From assembly GCF_009914755.1 (NCBI RefSeq), contig NC_060937.1: DNA of 64,000 nt; one strand, 5' to 3'. The stretch is from the human T2T-CHM13v2.0 reference genome, Homo sapiens. The notes beneath the pieces are model-generated. The model was not told the origin of the DNA and ran no database searches. It worked only from the letters and a program-made list of their open reading frames with translations. The translations under genes and the position numbers were made by a program. This document shows, piece after piece, positions 53,100 to 64,000 of the stretch (the first letter of the stretch is position 1; the number at the start of each line of letters is the position of its first letter).

Positions 53100-54070
53100 A
53101 CACCAAGCTGTGGGCAAGGTATGAGGAATCTGGTGAGGCGCATGTCCGGACTATCGGAGATTTACAGTGGAGCACCATCTCCCCAAACATTGCTACTACC
53201 TCCGTCTGAGAAGAGGCAGGCAGTGAGAACAAGCCGAGCTGAGCCTCTGGCGGTGAGGACCTGGCTAAATCCAAGCCAGGAGCACTGTGGGCCAAGGCTG
53301 GACAGCCCTCACCTATGGACTCTTGTCACTTCCAGGTACTGCCAAATGCACCTCAGTGGGGGTGAGGAAGTGGGCGGAGGCACTTCATGCTGACCCGAAA
53401 ACAGACCCAAATCGCCCTTTCTGTGCCTGGGGGGCATGAACCTCCACGGCCCCAAACTGCAGTTGCAGAGGCAGAGTGGCAGGTCGACATTTCTGTTCTG
53501 TTCCTCAAATCCTTGGGGACTCGAGGTGTCCCCAAGGTGTTTCTGTTCCTCAAGTTCTTGGGGAACTTTCACTGTGTTCTTCCAGCTTATCGATTCTGCC
53601 TTGAGCAGCAGCAGGCAGGTGTGCAGGGGGTGGTTGGGAGGGGAGCCCCCCGCCAGCATCGAAGTGCTGATAGATTAGTCAGGAAAAAGAGTTGCTGCCT
53701 TCATCTCCCCTTGTGGGCTTTGGCCTCTTTCTCCCAATTGTCCTTTGGCAGAGGTGCAGAACGCTGATGAGATACCCCTTGGACTCCTTCCAGAAGAGTC
53801 TCCCATTGAGGCAATTAGGTGAGAGCTGACGACAATTTAGCGAGCACGCAGCGATGCCAAGGGTCTCCCGGATCAAGAGGCAAGTCTCAGCTCTGCTACT
53901 GATGTGCTTCTGAGGGGGTGGTCTCAACGAAACTAAAACAAGAAATCACCCTTCCTTTTGTAATACACTCCAGGATGTCTAAAAGAGTGCGGTGTTTTAG
54001 TGATGTGTCAACGCACAATGAGGAAAATGTACTTTGCAGCATCCACTCCATTTCCTGGTTCCTACGACGG
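53100..54070. promoter_or_regulatory. CpG-enriched non-repeat segment, promoter/enhancer-like
   Basis: Visibly more CpG than flanks, GC box GGGCGGAG (about 53373), splice donors on both strands. Confidence 0.3.
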
Positions 54071-54123
54071 GTTTGGCAGGAACCACATCATGGACAAACA
54101 AATCATGGTAAAATATGTTTTTA

Positions 54124-54580
<457 letters not shown>

Positions 54581-54875
54581 CAAGCAGAAAGCAAATGAGA
54601 TTGCATCTCTCAGCATGTGGTGACTCTCCCTTCCTATGGGAGCTTGCCCTTCTGCCTCTATTTTCTAACTGTCCTTAAAACTCTGAGTAAGGAGCCTCTT
54701 CCTCTCCACATTGGATTGTGGTAGCTGGCACTGTTTCTCCAAAATGAAACCAACAGCAACTACCAGAGAGTCACATTCATGCTAAGGTGATCAGCTGGCT
54801 AATTGCCACTTCTCTTTCACTGCCCCATGGACCTTGAATGTTCAATCACATGGTTTTTTGTTTTTTTAATTGTGG

Positions 54876-54878
<3 letters not shown>

Positions 54879-54906
<28 letters not shown>
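54879..54906 (+). repeat. (CA)14 microsatellite
   Basis: Perfect run. Confidence 0.95.
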
Positions 54907-54908
<2 letters not shown>

Positions 54909-55020
54909 AATTTACCCTTGCAACCATTTTTTTTGTTTTCCTTTTTTCATTAAAAATTTTTTTTTCTATATTATTTTAGCTTACAGCTCAGCAGCAGCCA
55001 AACCGTTTAACCATTTATTA

Positions 55021-55284
55021 AGCTAGAGTACAGTGGTGTAATCATAGCTTACTGCAGCCTCAAACTTCTGGCTCAAGCAATCCTCCTGTCTTAGCCTCCC
55101 AAGTAGTTGGGACTACAGGTGTGCACCACCACACCTGGCTTGTTTTTAAATTTTTAAATTTTTTTGTAGAGATGGAGGTCGCACTATGTTGCCCAGGCTG
55201 GTTTCGAACTCCCGAGCTTAACAATCCTCCCTCCTACATCTCCCAAAATGCTGGGATTACAGACTGGAGCCACCGTGCCTGGCC
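55021..55284 (-). mobile_element. AluJ, 3' end missing
   Basis: ATCATAGCTTACTGCAGCCTC, GGCTCAAGCAATCCTCC. Confidence 0.9.
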
Positions 55285-57015
55285 CCAGACCATTTAAAAA
55301 TGTACAATTCAGTGGCATTAGTACATTCACATTGTTGTGCAACCGTCATGACTGTTGGTCTCCCCAAATTTCTCATCTTCCCAGAAACTCTCTGCCCATT
55401 AAACACTAGCACTCCATTCCATCTTCCTCCAGCCCTTGGCAACTACCATTCTGCTTTCTGTGTCTATGAATTTGACTACTCCAGACACTTCATATATTAT
55501 CTGTATGTTAATGGAATCGCACAATATTTGTCTTTTTGTGACTGGTTTACTTCACTTAGCATAATGTCTTCAACATTCATCCATGTTGTGGCATGTGTCA
55601 GAATTTCCTTTCTTTTTAAGGCAGAATAATATTCCACTGTGTGTGTATGTCACATTTTGTTTATCTAGCTAGGTATCTGTGGGACCAATCTACTTTTGAA
55701 CTCTAAGGGACAGAAAAGCCTTCCTTATTTTGAACTCAGTTTTGTTTCCTTCTAACTTGTGTTCACAGGTCCTAGTTTTGCCCTTCAAAAGATACACAAA
55801 GAAAATTGAATCCCTTCGCCCATGTCAGTGCTCCACTTATTTTAGGACAATTTCCAGGTTGTCTCTAGGACTTTCCCTTTCTGTGCTATGAAATGAGGCC
55901 TGAGGACACGTGCCGAGTGCCTACGGGCTGCTTGAGACGGGAGATACCTTTTGTCCATTCATTCTTCATCTCATGCTGACTGAAGCCTTAATGCCACTCA
56001 CTCCACACAATGGCGCCTGCCTGGAGAACTGGGTGAGAGGGTCGTTCATCTTCGTAGTCTCACCCCGTAGCAGGAGGGACTGGCAGAGCCTCCTAGATGC
56101 CACCCCTCCCAGGCAAAGCTTCAGCCTGCACCCCTGGACCAGGGCTAATAACATCAGCCACTGGCCACTTGACATGTTGCTGAGAGATTTCCCAAACACA
56201 CATTCCCATCTTAGCAAATTAACTCCAAGAACACAGTGAGGAAGAAGATAAGTTAAAGGAGAGATGTCTAAATGAGAAACTAAACTCGGTCTTCCTGAGA
56301 CAGCCAGTGCCGACGGCTTGCGCTGGGTGGAAAGGTGAGATTTCATCACTGCTTCTCCCCAGGGCTGGCAGGGGCAGATCAAGTTGCCTCTCACTCCGGC
56401 CCCACCCTGAGGAATGGACTCATGGACACTGCAGGGCTTTCTCTCCTCTGATATCTTTGAGTCAAGGCGCCGTGTTGACCAAGTGGGTCAGATAAAGGAC
56501 TACAAAGCCATTGTCCGAATTGCCCAGGGAGGATGTGGCCAACATTCCTAGGTGTGTTTGGAAATATGGCTGAGACAGTAGGTGCCAAGTGAGAGACGCT
56601 GGCAAAGTAAGCCTACATTTGGAGACCAGTGGTTCCCTGCTGTCACAGGGGACTTCGGAATAAATCCCTTCCAACCCACTAGCACACACGCTGCCACACA
56701 CGACCATAGATGGTGAATCCTGCACTCCCAACTCTCTCCCGGTGGCTTCTACAACAGGATGTTGTTTATTACAATAGAATTAATCTGCTTTTCCAGAATT
56801 TAGTAATCCATCAATTGACAAACTTCCCTGATACATACTTTTAAGATTCTAGAAAAATTCAACTCATTATTATACATTATTCACTTCCCAAATCAGTGAA
56901 AACTGCATGTGATATGTTATAACCATAAAATTATTACATCAAGCACTTATGGACAAAAGTTAAGTCACAAAATAGGTGGAAAGAAGAAAACAATTATATT
57001 AGAAGACTTAACCTA

Positions 57016-57357
<342 letters not shown>

Positions 57358-57387
57358 TTATTTAATGCAAGAGAGCATACAAATTCA

Positions 57388-57765
<378 letters not shown>

Positions 57766-59504
57766 TTAGGGATTAATCTACTATGTATAGGAGACCTATC
57801 TGTATATGTGAGTGTATCTCTGTGTATGCATAGAAGTACATATCTATTGTCTATAATCTCTTTTTGTATATATATTTCAGAGATTTAAAACAAAACAAAA
57901 CCGCTAGGAACCTTTGCAAGACCTCATCTGTTTCAGGTTATGGGAATGGCTGCCTATAACAGGAAAGAATCTGGCAGGAGGTTGGGGTATGGTAATCTCA
58001 TATCCCCCAGGGCATCTGCACACTCACTCTGTCTTGCTAGGTAGCTGAGCTGATGCTACACAAGCCTGGCTGTTTCAAAATCTAGGGCCCTTGTCTGCTA
58101 GTGGGGTGAATGGGGACTCAGTCTTGCTGCTCCAAGGCCAGGATCCAGGTGCTTGTGGAAAGCTCTTTGGCACCCAGATGTCCTGCCCCAGAGTGTTGCT
58201 GTCTAAACTTACCTGTGGGCCAAGCCTGGCATATGACTGGGTGCCTGCTCAGCTCCCATTTGGCACTCCAGCTCCCTGCTGGCCCTGGAACCCTGCCCCA
58301 AACCACAGCTGCCTGGCTTGGGGCCTGACAATCTGCCTCCTCCTTGCTGGAATAACCTCTCTCTCTCTCTCTCTCTCTCTCAATCTCTCTGGAGGGCAGG
58401 AACTGGTCACCATACCCTTCCCTCGGCTGCTGAGAGGGGTCCTGCTTCCACCCTGATGGCCTAGACAGGCCCCACCCCCATGAAGCCACCTGCCTGTGGT
58501 GAATGTTCCTCTGTTCGGAAATCCTAACTATCCCATGCCTCCTGCATGTTCCATCTCTCTGATTAAACCCCCTAGAAGGTTAGACCCAAGTACACCAAAC
58601 CCCTGAGGAGTCATGATGTTGATTCCAGGCTGTCCTTAGAAGCAGCTCAGGCCAATCCTGGGTCCTCCCCTCTTCCCACTGACCCACTGTCTAAAAAGGT
58701 CATGAAAGCAGATGGATGTCTCACCTTCCCAGAAGATGGTCCATGTGGAGGGTGCAGCCAGGTCCCCTAATATCAGGAGCGTGTTGTTTGTACGATGATG
58801 ACTATAGAGGGGCCTGCTCCTCTCTCCCACAAGTTGAATCAGGAGGGTTTTCAAAAGGGTCAAAAGTGAGCACATTGCATTGGAGTGAACAAGGTTTGCT
58901 GCCCCGCCTGGCCATGCTGCTGTAGAGTAATGGAATGTTGCACCATCACTCCCACCTTGGGAAGGACAGGTAAAGGCCCCCTCTGGTCCTATCCTTTAAG
59001 GTGGGGAGTGCCTGAGAAAGAGCTGAAATATTTCCTGACTCTCAGGGGCATGCTATAAGAGGAGAACACTTTGGGATCAGTTCTCAGATAAACCCAAGGT
59101 TGGGGGCAGGGAACGGTGGGCTGTAACAGCCAATCATGTCCCATGGAAGCAGAGTTTCCTGGTGCCCCCAGCAATGGGCACTGCTGGCCAAAAGGAGTTG
59201 TGATCTTTGGGGCGTCATCAGGAAACCCTGCCTAGTCCAGCTTGTGGGGTATAAGATCCCTGAAGCTGAGGGGTCCTAGATAGTACCAACCACCAAGGTA
59301 ACCACAGCTGGTGACTGCCATATGTAGCCCCATCTGCTTGAAAGAAAGAGATGTCTGTGACTGAGCAACATCAGGCTGTCTGAAGCAGTTCTGCAGTGTC
59401 TGGCTTATAGTGGGCACTCAGTATACATCCACAGCTTCCACCCTCCGGAGACCCATGAAGCTGACACGAAGAGAGGAGGATGCCCCTCCTGGGGTTGGCA
59501 GATA

Positions 59505-59519
59505 CCACGCGGGGGCAGC
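59505..59519 (+). promoter_or_regulatory. CTCF-like core motif
   Basis: CCACGCGGGGGCAGC versus consensus CCACNAGGGGGCRGC (conserved A replaced by C). Confidence 0.3.
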
Positions 59520-60417
59520 CCAGGGCTCCTTTGGGTGAAGTGGAAATTTGCCCCCTCCCCCATACCTCCTGCTGAGGCCATGTCTCTGGGAGGGACTTTG
59601 AGAAGCCATCACCAGTTTTCTCTAGGTTCTTGACTCTACCTTCCAGTAAAATATTCCTATGGAAACTGAAGAGACAGGAACTTTAGGGTTTGCCCGTGGA
59701 GGCCGAGGCCAACTGTGAGAAAAAAAGCCTTGTTGGGTCACTGCGGTTTTGCTCTTCAAAGCACTGAAACCGCTTTAGCCAGGGCCTCTCTTTTCTAACT
59801 TAAGTTGCAAGTGCCTGGATATTTATTTTCAGTTTGTGATTAAAAAGTAGATAAAATGAATAAATAGTGAACCACATGTCTTAAATGACCTTCAAATAGA
59901 GTAGTAACAAAAAATAGTTATATAAAGATATACATCTCATTTTAAATGTGCCAGAAAGATAACCAAAATAGAAAGAAAATTCATTATTCAGGCCAAACAA
60001 GACAAGGAGTGATTATGGACAACTTAGTTATTTTCTTAAAGGAAGAATGACAGATGCACTGAAGCCCCCACCTGCAGTTTTTTGGCTGGGGTGCTTTAAG
60101 ATGGGGAAATACAAAAACCAGACTCTCCTGGCCCCTTTTCTCTAGAGCTACAAAAACTCCAGCACTGACTCTGTGTATCAGCTGAGGTTTCTATTGAGAA
60201 GAGGCAGCTGTGTGGCAAGCAATTCTGGGTCGAGGGCTGTGGAGGACTGGAGGCCACTGCCTTCACCATGGCTCAGAGGCCAGCTGCTGGGGAGCCACAA
60301 GGAGAGGGGCCCAGGCATGTGGACAGTGGTCACAGGAGAAGCTTCTGGCAGGACAGGAGTAAAAGGAACAAGGTAGTTATTAAACAGCAAAAATAGTTTC
60401 AAAGCAATTATGCTAAT

Positions 60418-60780
60418 TGTTTTAGTCTGTTTAGGCTACTGTAACAAAATGCCTTAGACTGGGTGGCTTCTAAACAACAGAAATTTACTGCTTACAATTC
60501 TGGAGACTGGGAAGTCCAAGATCAAGACATCAGCAGATTTGATGTCTGATGAGGGCTTGCTTCCTGGTTCATGGTTCACAGATGGCACCTTCTTGTTGTG
60601 CCCTCACATGGTGGAAGGGAGAGGCTAGCTCTCTGGGGCACTAATCTCATTCATGAGAGTTCCACTCTCATGACCTAATCATTGCCCAAAGCCCCCAGCT
60701 CCTTATACCATCACCTTATGGGTTAGGATTTCAACATATAGAATTGGTCGGGAGAGAACATAAGCATTATGTCCATTGCA
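60418..60780 (-). mobile_element. MLT1A-like MaLR solo LTR
   Basis: TG...CA termini, 5-bp TSD CTAAT, GACTGGGTGGCTT..AACAACAGAAATTTA, GGGAAGTCCAAGATCAAG. Confidence 0.9.
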
Positions 60781-60938
60781 CTAATGCTATCCAGATTAGA
60801 AAAGATGACCACTAAAATAATAGTTTTTAAAAACCTATATTCATTTTTAAATCATTGTGATATGCACCTGGAGAACGATTCCCCAGGTTTAGTATTTACT
60901 CATGCATGGAAATTGGGAAAGCAAGCAAAGAACCTTAG

Positions 60939-61080
60939 CAGTGCTGGTTTTGGGACTGTGGTCCATGGGCCCCTTCCTTGCATCCCCCAGCTGGCTGCAG
61001 AGTTCCAGATGCTTCCTACCCCCAGAACTACTCAGTCAGAATCTCTGAGAGTGGTGCTCAGGAATCTGTATTTTTAAGCT
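60939..61080. mobile_element. MER5-family MITE fragment
   Basis: CCCCAGAACTACTCAGTCAGAATCTCTG..CAGGAATCTGTATTTT. Confidence 0.65.
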
Positions 61081-61169
61081 TGTAAGTATAGTTCTTTTGA
61101 AAACCATTAACCCGAAGAACAAAAGATCAAACTGTTAACATATATCTCACCGTTAATCTGGCAGCCAGG

Positions 61170-61380
61170 TCACTGGAAAACGCATTGAATTTGGAATCAA
61201 AACGCTTGGGTTAAAATTATGCTACCTTAAGCCTTGAGCAATTCACTTAATTTTCTATGGCTCCAGTTTTTCTCATTTGCAACATGGAAATTCTCCCCAG
61301 AGTTGTAAACATTAATTGGCGAAGAATGTGAAAGTGTTTGCACTGAAAACTCTAAAGGATCATATAAATGTTTATTATTA
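61170..61380 (+). mobile_element. MIR
   Basis: TTGGAATCA, CCTTGAGCAA.TCACTTAA, CAGTTTT.CTCATTTG. Confidence 0.7.
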
Positions 61381-62029
61381 TCATCATTAATAACAATTGG
61401 TATCAGAAGTTCCTACCCATAGTGTCAGCATCCTGGTCTAAGCCACCATCATCTCTGGTCTAGACTACTATAATGACTCCCTAAAGTCATTTTCCCTCCC
61501 TTTCCCTTCTATTTCCTACTCCTCTCTTTATACATCTCCCTTACTAAGCCCTTCAAATGCTTTTCGTTGCCCTTAGGATATAGTCTAAAATCCTTAAGAC
61601 TAGCTCTGACTAGACCTGATTGAATGAGAGAAGGTAGAATTGAAATGCAAAGGATTCAGAGTATCATTGGCTTCCTGGCAAAATATACCTAGGCTTTATT
61701 ACAGCTTTTGGGAGCCCCAGATAGCCAAGACACAGCACACTGGATGGAGCCTCTGGCAACACCAGAAGCCCCAGGGAAATGGGACAGGTTTATAGGTAAA
61801 GCCAAGATTTCTCAGGCACAGCTGTGGGCAGCCCTATTGAAGAAGGAGAAAGATACAATATTAAAAATTTAGACTTTGGACTGTGTGGGCCTAAATAAAT
61901 TATTCTAATTTGTAGTGTTTATAATAACATGATTAAATATAATTTAAAAGGCTAAAACTACATTTAATTTATTTTTAATATACAAAGATACTTGCTGATG
62001 GCATTTTTACTGATGGAAGTATTTTTCCT

Positions 62030-63250
62030 TTTTTAAAATAAACTTTTTATTTTAAAACAGTTTTATATTTACAGAAAAGTTGCAAATAATAGTACAAGGG
62101 TTCCTACCCATCCATCAGCTAGTTTTCCCTGAGGTTAACATATTGCATTACTATAGTACATTTCTCAAAAGTAAGAAGCCAATGGTGGTAAAGTACTGCT
62201 AGCTAAACTCCAGCCAAGGCAAGGCAGCCACAGCTGAGTGCCTTTACTCAGATTTCACCAGTTCTTCCACTAACGCCCTTTTCTGTTCAGGATCTAATTC
62301 AGGATCCCACCTTGCATTTGGTGGTCCTCTCTCCTAGTCTCTCCTTAGGGCTGTGACAGTTTCTCATATTTTCCTTGTTTTTGATGAGCTTGACAGTTTT
62401 GAGGAGTGCTGGACAGGCATTTTGTTGAAAGTCCCTCCACTGGGATTTGTCTGGTGTTTTCTCATGACTTGGCTGGATGACAGTGTTTTGGGGAAGAAGA
62501 AAGACCACAGAGGCGAAGTGCCATTTTCATCACCTTATATCAAGGGTAACTACTGTTAACATGATTCATCACTGTGGATGCTGACCTTGATCCAGGTAGT
62601 GCTTGCAAGTCCCTAAGCCAAGCTCCCACACTCAAAATGTGTGTATGGTGGCAAGTGTGGGAGGGGGGCTGAGCTTTGCCCCCTGGAGGGGGAATATCTA
62701 TGGAAATTATTTGGAATTCTTCTGCACAGAAGAGTTGTCTCTTTCCCCTCCTCCCCCTGCCCCATGTATTTATTTCTTCAATAGCTTATTTATATTAAGA
62801 TGGACCCCTGGATATTTATTTTATACTTTGGGTTTGTAATCCAATACTATTTACAGATGATCCTCAAATTACAATAGGGTTATGTCCCAACAAACCCATT
62901 GTAAATTGAAAATCTTAAGTCAAAAATGCATTTAATACCCCCAATAAATCAATCATAAAGTTGAAATCGGAAGTGGCACCATCGTAAGTAGGGAAGTGCC
63001 TATATTTTCCTGCTTGTATTGTTCCAGCTTTGGCCACCAGGAGCTCTTCCAGGCTATCTCCTGTGCCCCTTTGAAGGTGTCCCTTCCTTACTTTTGCTCT
63101 TTGAGCCCTTCCTTACTTCTAGCACCATGAGACGCTCCAGGCTCATCTTGCATTTTTCCTGCCCCAATCCTAGAGTTGGCCACTTTTCCAAGGAGCCCTG
63201 GTTCCTTTTATTGGAGAATGGTGTTAGAAACGAAGACCTGGGTGCTGGGC
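62030..63250 (-). mobile_element. L1MC-type 3' end
   Basis: TTTACAGAAAAGTTGCAAA, CCAAGGAGCCCTGGTTCCTTTTATTGGAGAATGG. Confidence 0.85.
62854..63002. mobile_element. MER47-family TcMar-Tigger MITE
   Basis: TA|CAGATGATCCTCAAATTACAATAGGGTTATGTCCC..AAACCCATTGTAAATTGAAAAT. Confidence 0.75.
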
Positions 63251-63259
63251 ATAAATTAG

Positions 63260-63657
63260 CGTATTAGGCTGTGTTTATGTTGCTTAAAAGGAATACTTGA
63301 GACTGGGTAATTTATAAAGAAAAGAGATATTATTTTGGCTCACAGTTCTGCAGCCTGTACAGGAAACTTGGTGCTGGCATCTGTTTCTGGTGAGGGCTTC
63401 AGGAAGCTTTTAATCATGACGAAGGCGACGGGCAGCCAGCATGTCACACGGAGAGAGCGTGAGCGAGAGAGAGGAGGAGGTGCTATATACTTTTAAACAA
63501 CCAGATCTCACAAGAACTCACTATCCAGAGGACAGTACCAAGCCATTCATGAGGAATCCGCCCTCATGACCCAAACACCTCCCACCAGGCCCCACCTCCA
63601 ACATTAGGGATCACATTTCAACATGATTTGGTGGAGACAGACATCCAAACTGTGTCA
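63260..63657 (-). mobile_element. MSTB-like MaLR solo LTR
   Basis: GAGACTGGGTAATTTATAAAGAAAAGAG, CCCAAACACCTCCCACCAGGCCCCACCTCCAAC. Confidence 0.9.
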
Positions 63658-63734
63658 GTTAGATTTTTAAAACACTTCTTAGCATTTATTTTTAATTATA
63701 AAATTAATATACACTCTTGGAAAAATTTTCCTTC

Positions 63735-63874
63735 TTTCTGTTTGTTTGTTTGTTTTTGTAGAGACAGGTCTCACTTTGCTGCCCAGGCTGATCTCAAACT
63801 ACTGGTCTCAAGCAGTTTTCCCATGTTGGCCTCCCAAAGTGCTAGGATTGTAGGCATGAGCCACCACTCCAGGT
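63735..63874 (-). mobile_element. Alu left monomer (FLAM_C-like)
   Basis: Single monomer with (TTTG)n tail. Confidence 0.82.
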
Positions 63875-63926
63875 CAAAATTTCTGAACAACATAGAAATG
63901 TACCAAGTTAGACATGAAAAAGTCCC

Positions 63927-64000
63927 TGGCAGGGTGTGGTGGCTCACGCCTGTAATCCCAGCACTTTGGGAGGCCGAGGCAGGTGGATCATGAGGTGAGG
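63927..64000 (+). mobile_element. Alu 5' end (cut by window end)
   Basis: GTGGCTCACGCCTGTAATCCCAGCACTTTGGGAGGCCGAGG. Confidence 0.93.

Larger units (their letters stand above)
54855..55670 (-). mobile_element. L1MB-type 3' end with nested AluJ
   Basis: TACAATTCAGTGGCATTAGTACATTCACATTGTTGTGCAACC; CCTTGGCAACTACCATTCTGCTTTCTG. Confidence 0.9.

Overview
Alu-dense hominid (very probably human) genomic DNA. I can support no recognisable protein-coding gene, RNA gene, or prokaryote-type system. Roughly half the window is interspersed repeat. It holds about 45 Alu or Alu-monomer insertions and one full-structure SVA on the minus strand (5498-7250, 9-bp target-site duplication, TSD). It also holds L1M and L2 fragments, MaLR and ERV solo LTRs (THE1A, MST, MLT1, MER4, LTR8/LTR8A, MER21) and DNA-transposon relics (Zaphod, MER119, Tigger2a, Tigger4/MER46, MER47, MER20, MER5). 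The long ORFs in the track come from Alu, SVA or microsatellite sequence. The most interesting unexplained signals are several well-formed AG...GT candidate exons, including 14-34 nt micro-exons on + and a frame-compatible pair on -, and a CpG-enriched promoter-like stretch at about 53.1-54.1 kb. These could belong to an unannotated or lncRNA transcript, but could equally be pseudo-exons. Repeat subfamily names are recalled from consensus sequences, not from a search, and the ends of old elements are approximate. I found no convincing evidence of a novel biological system.
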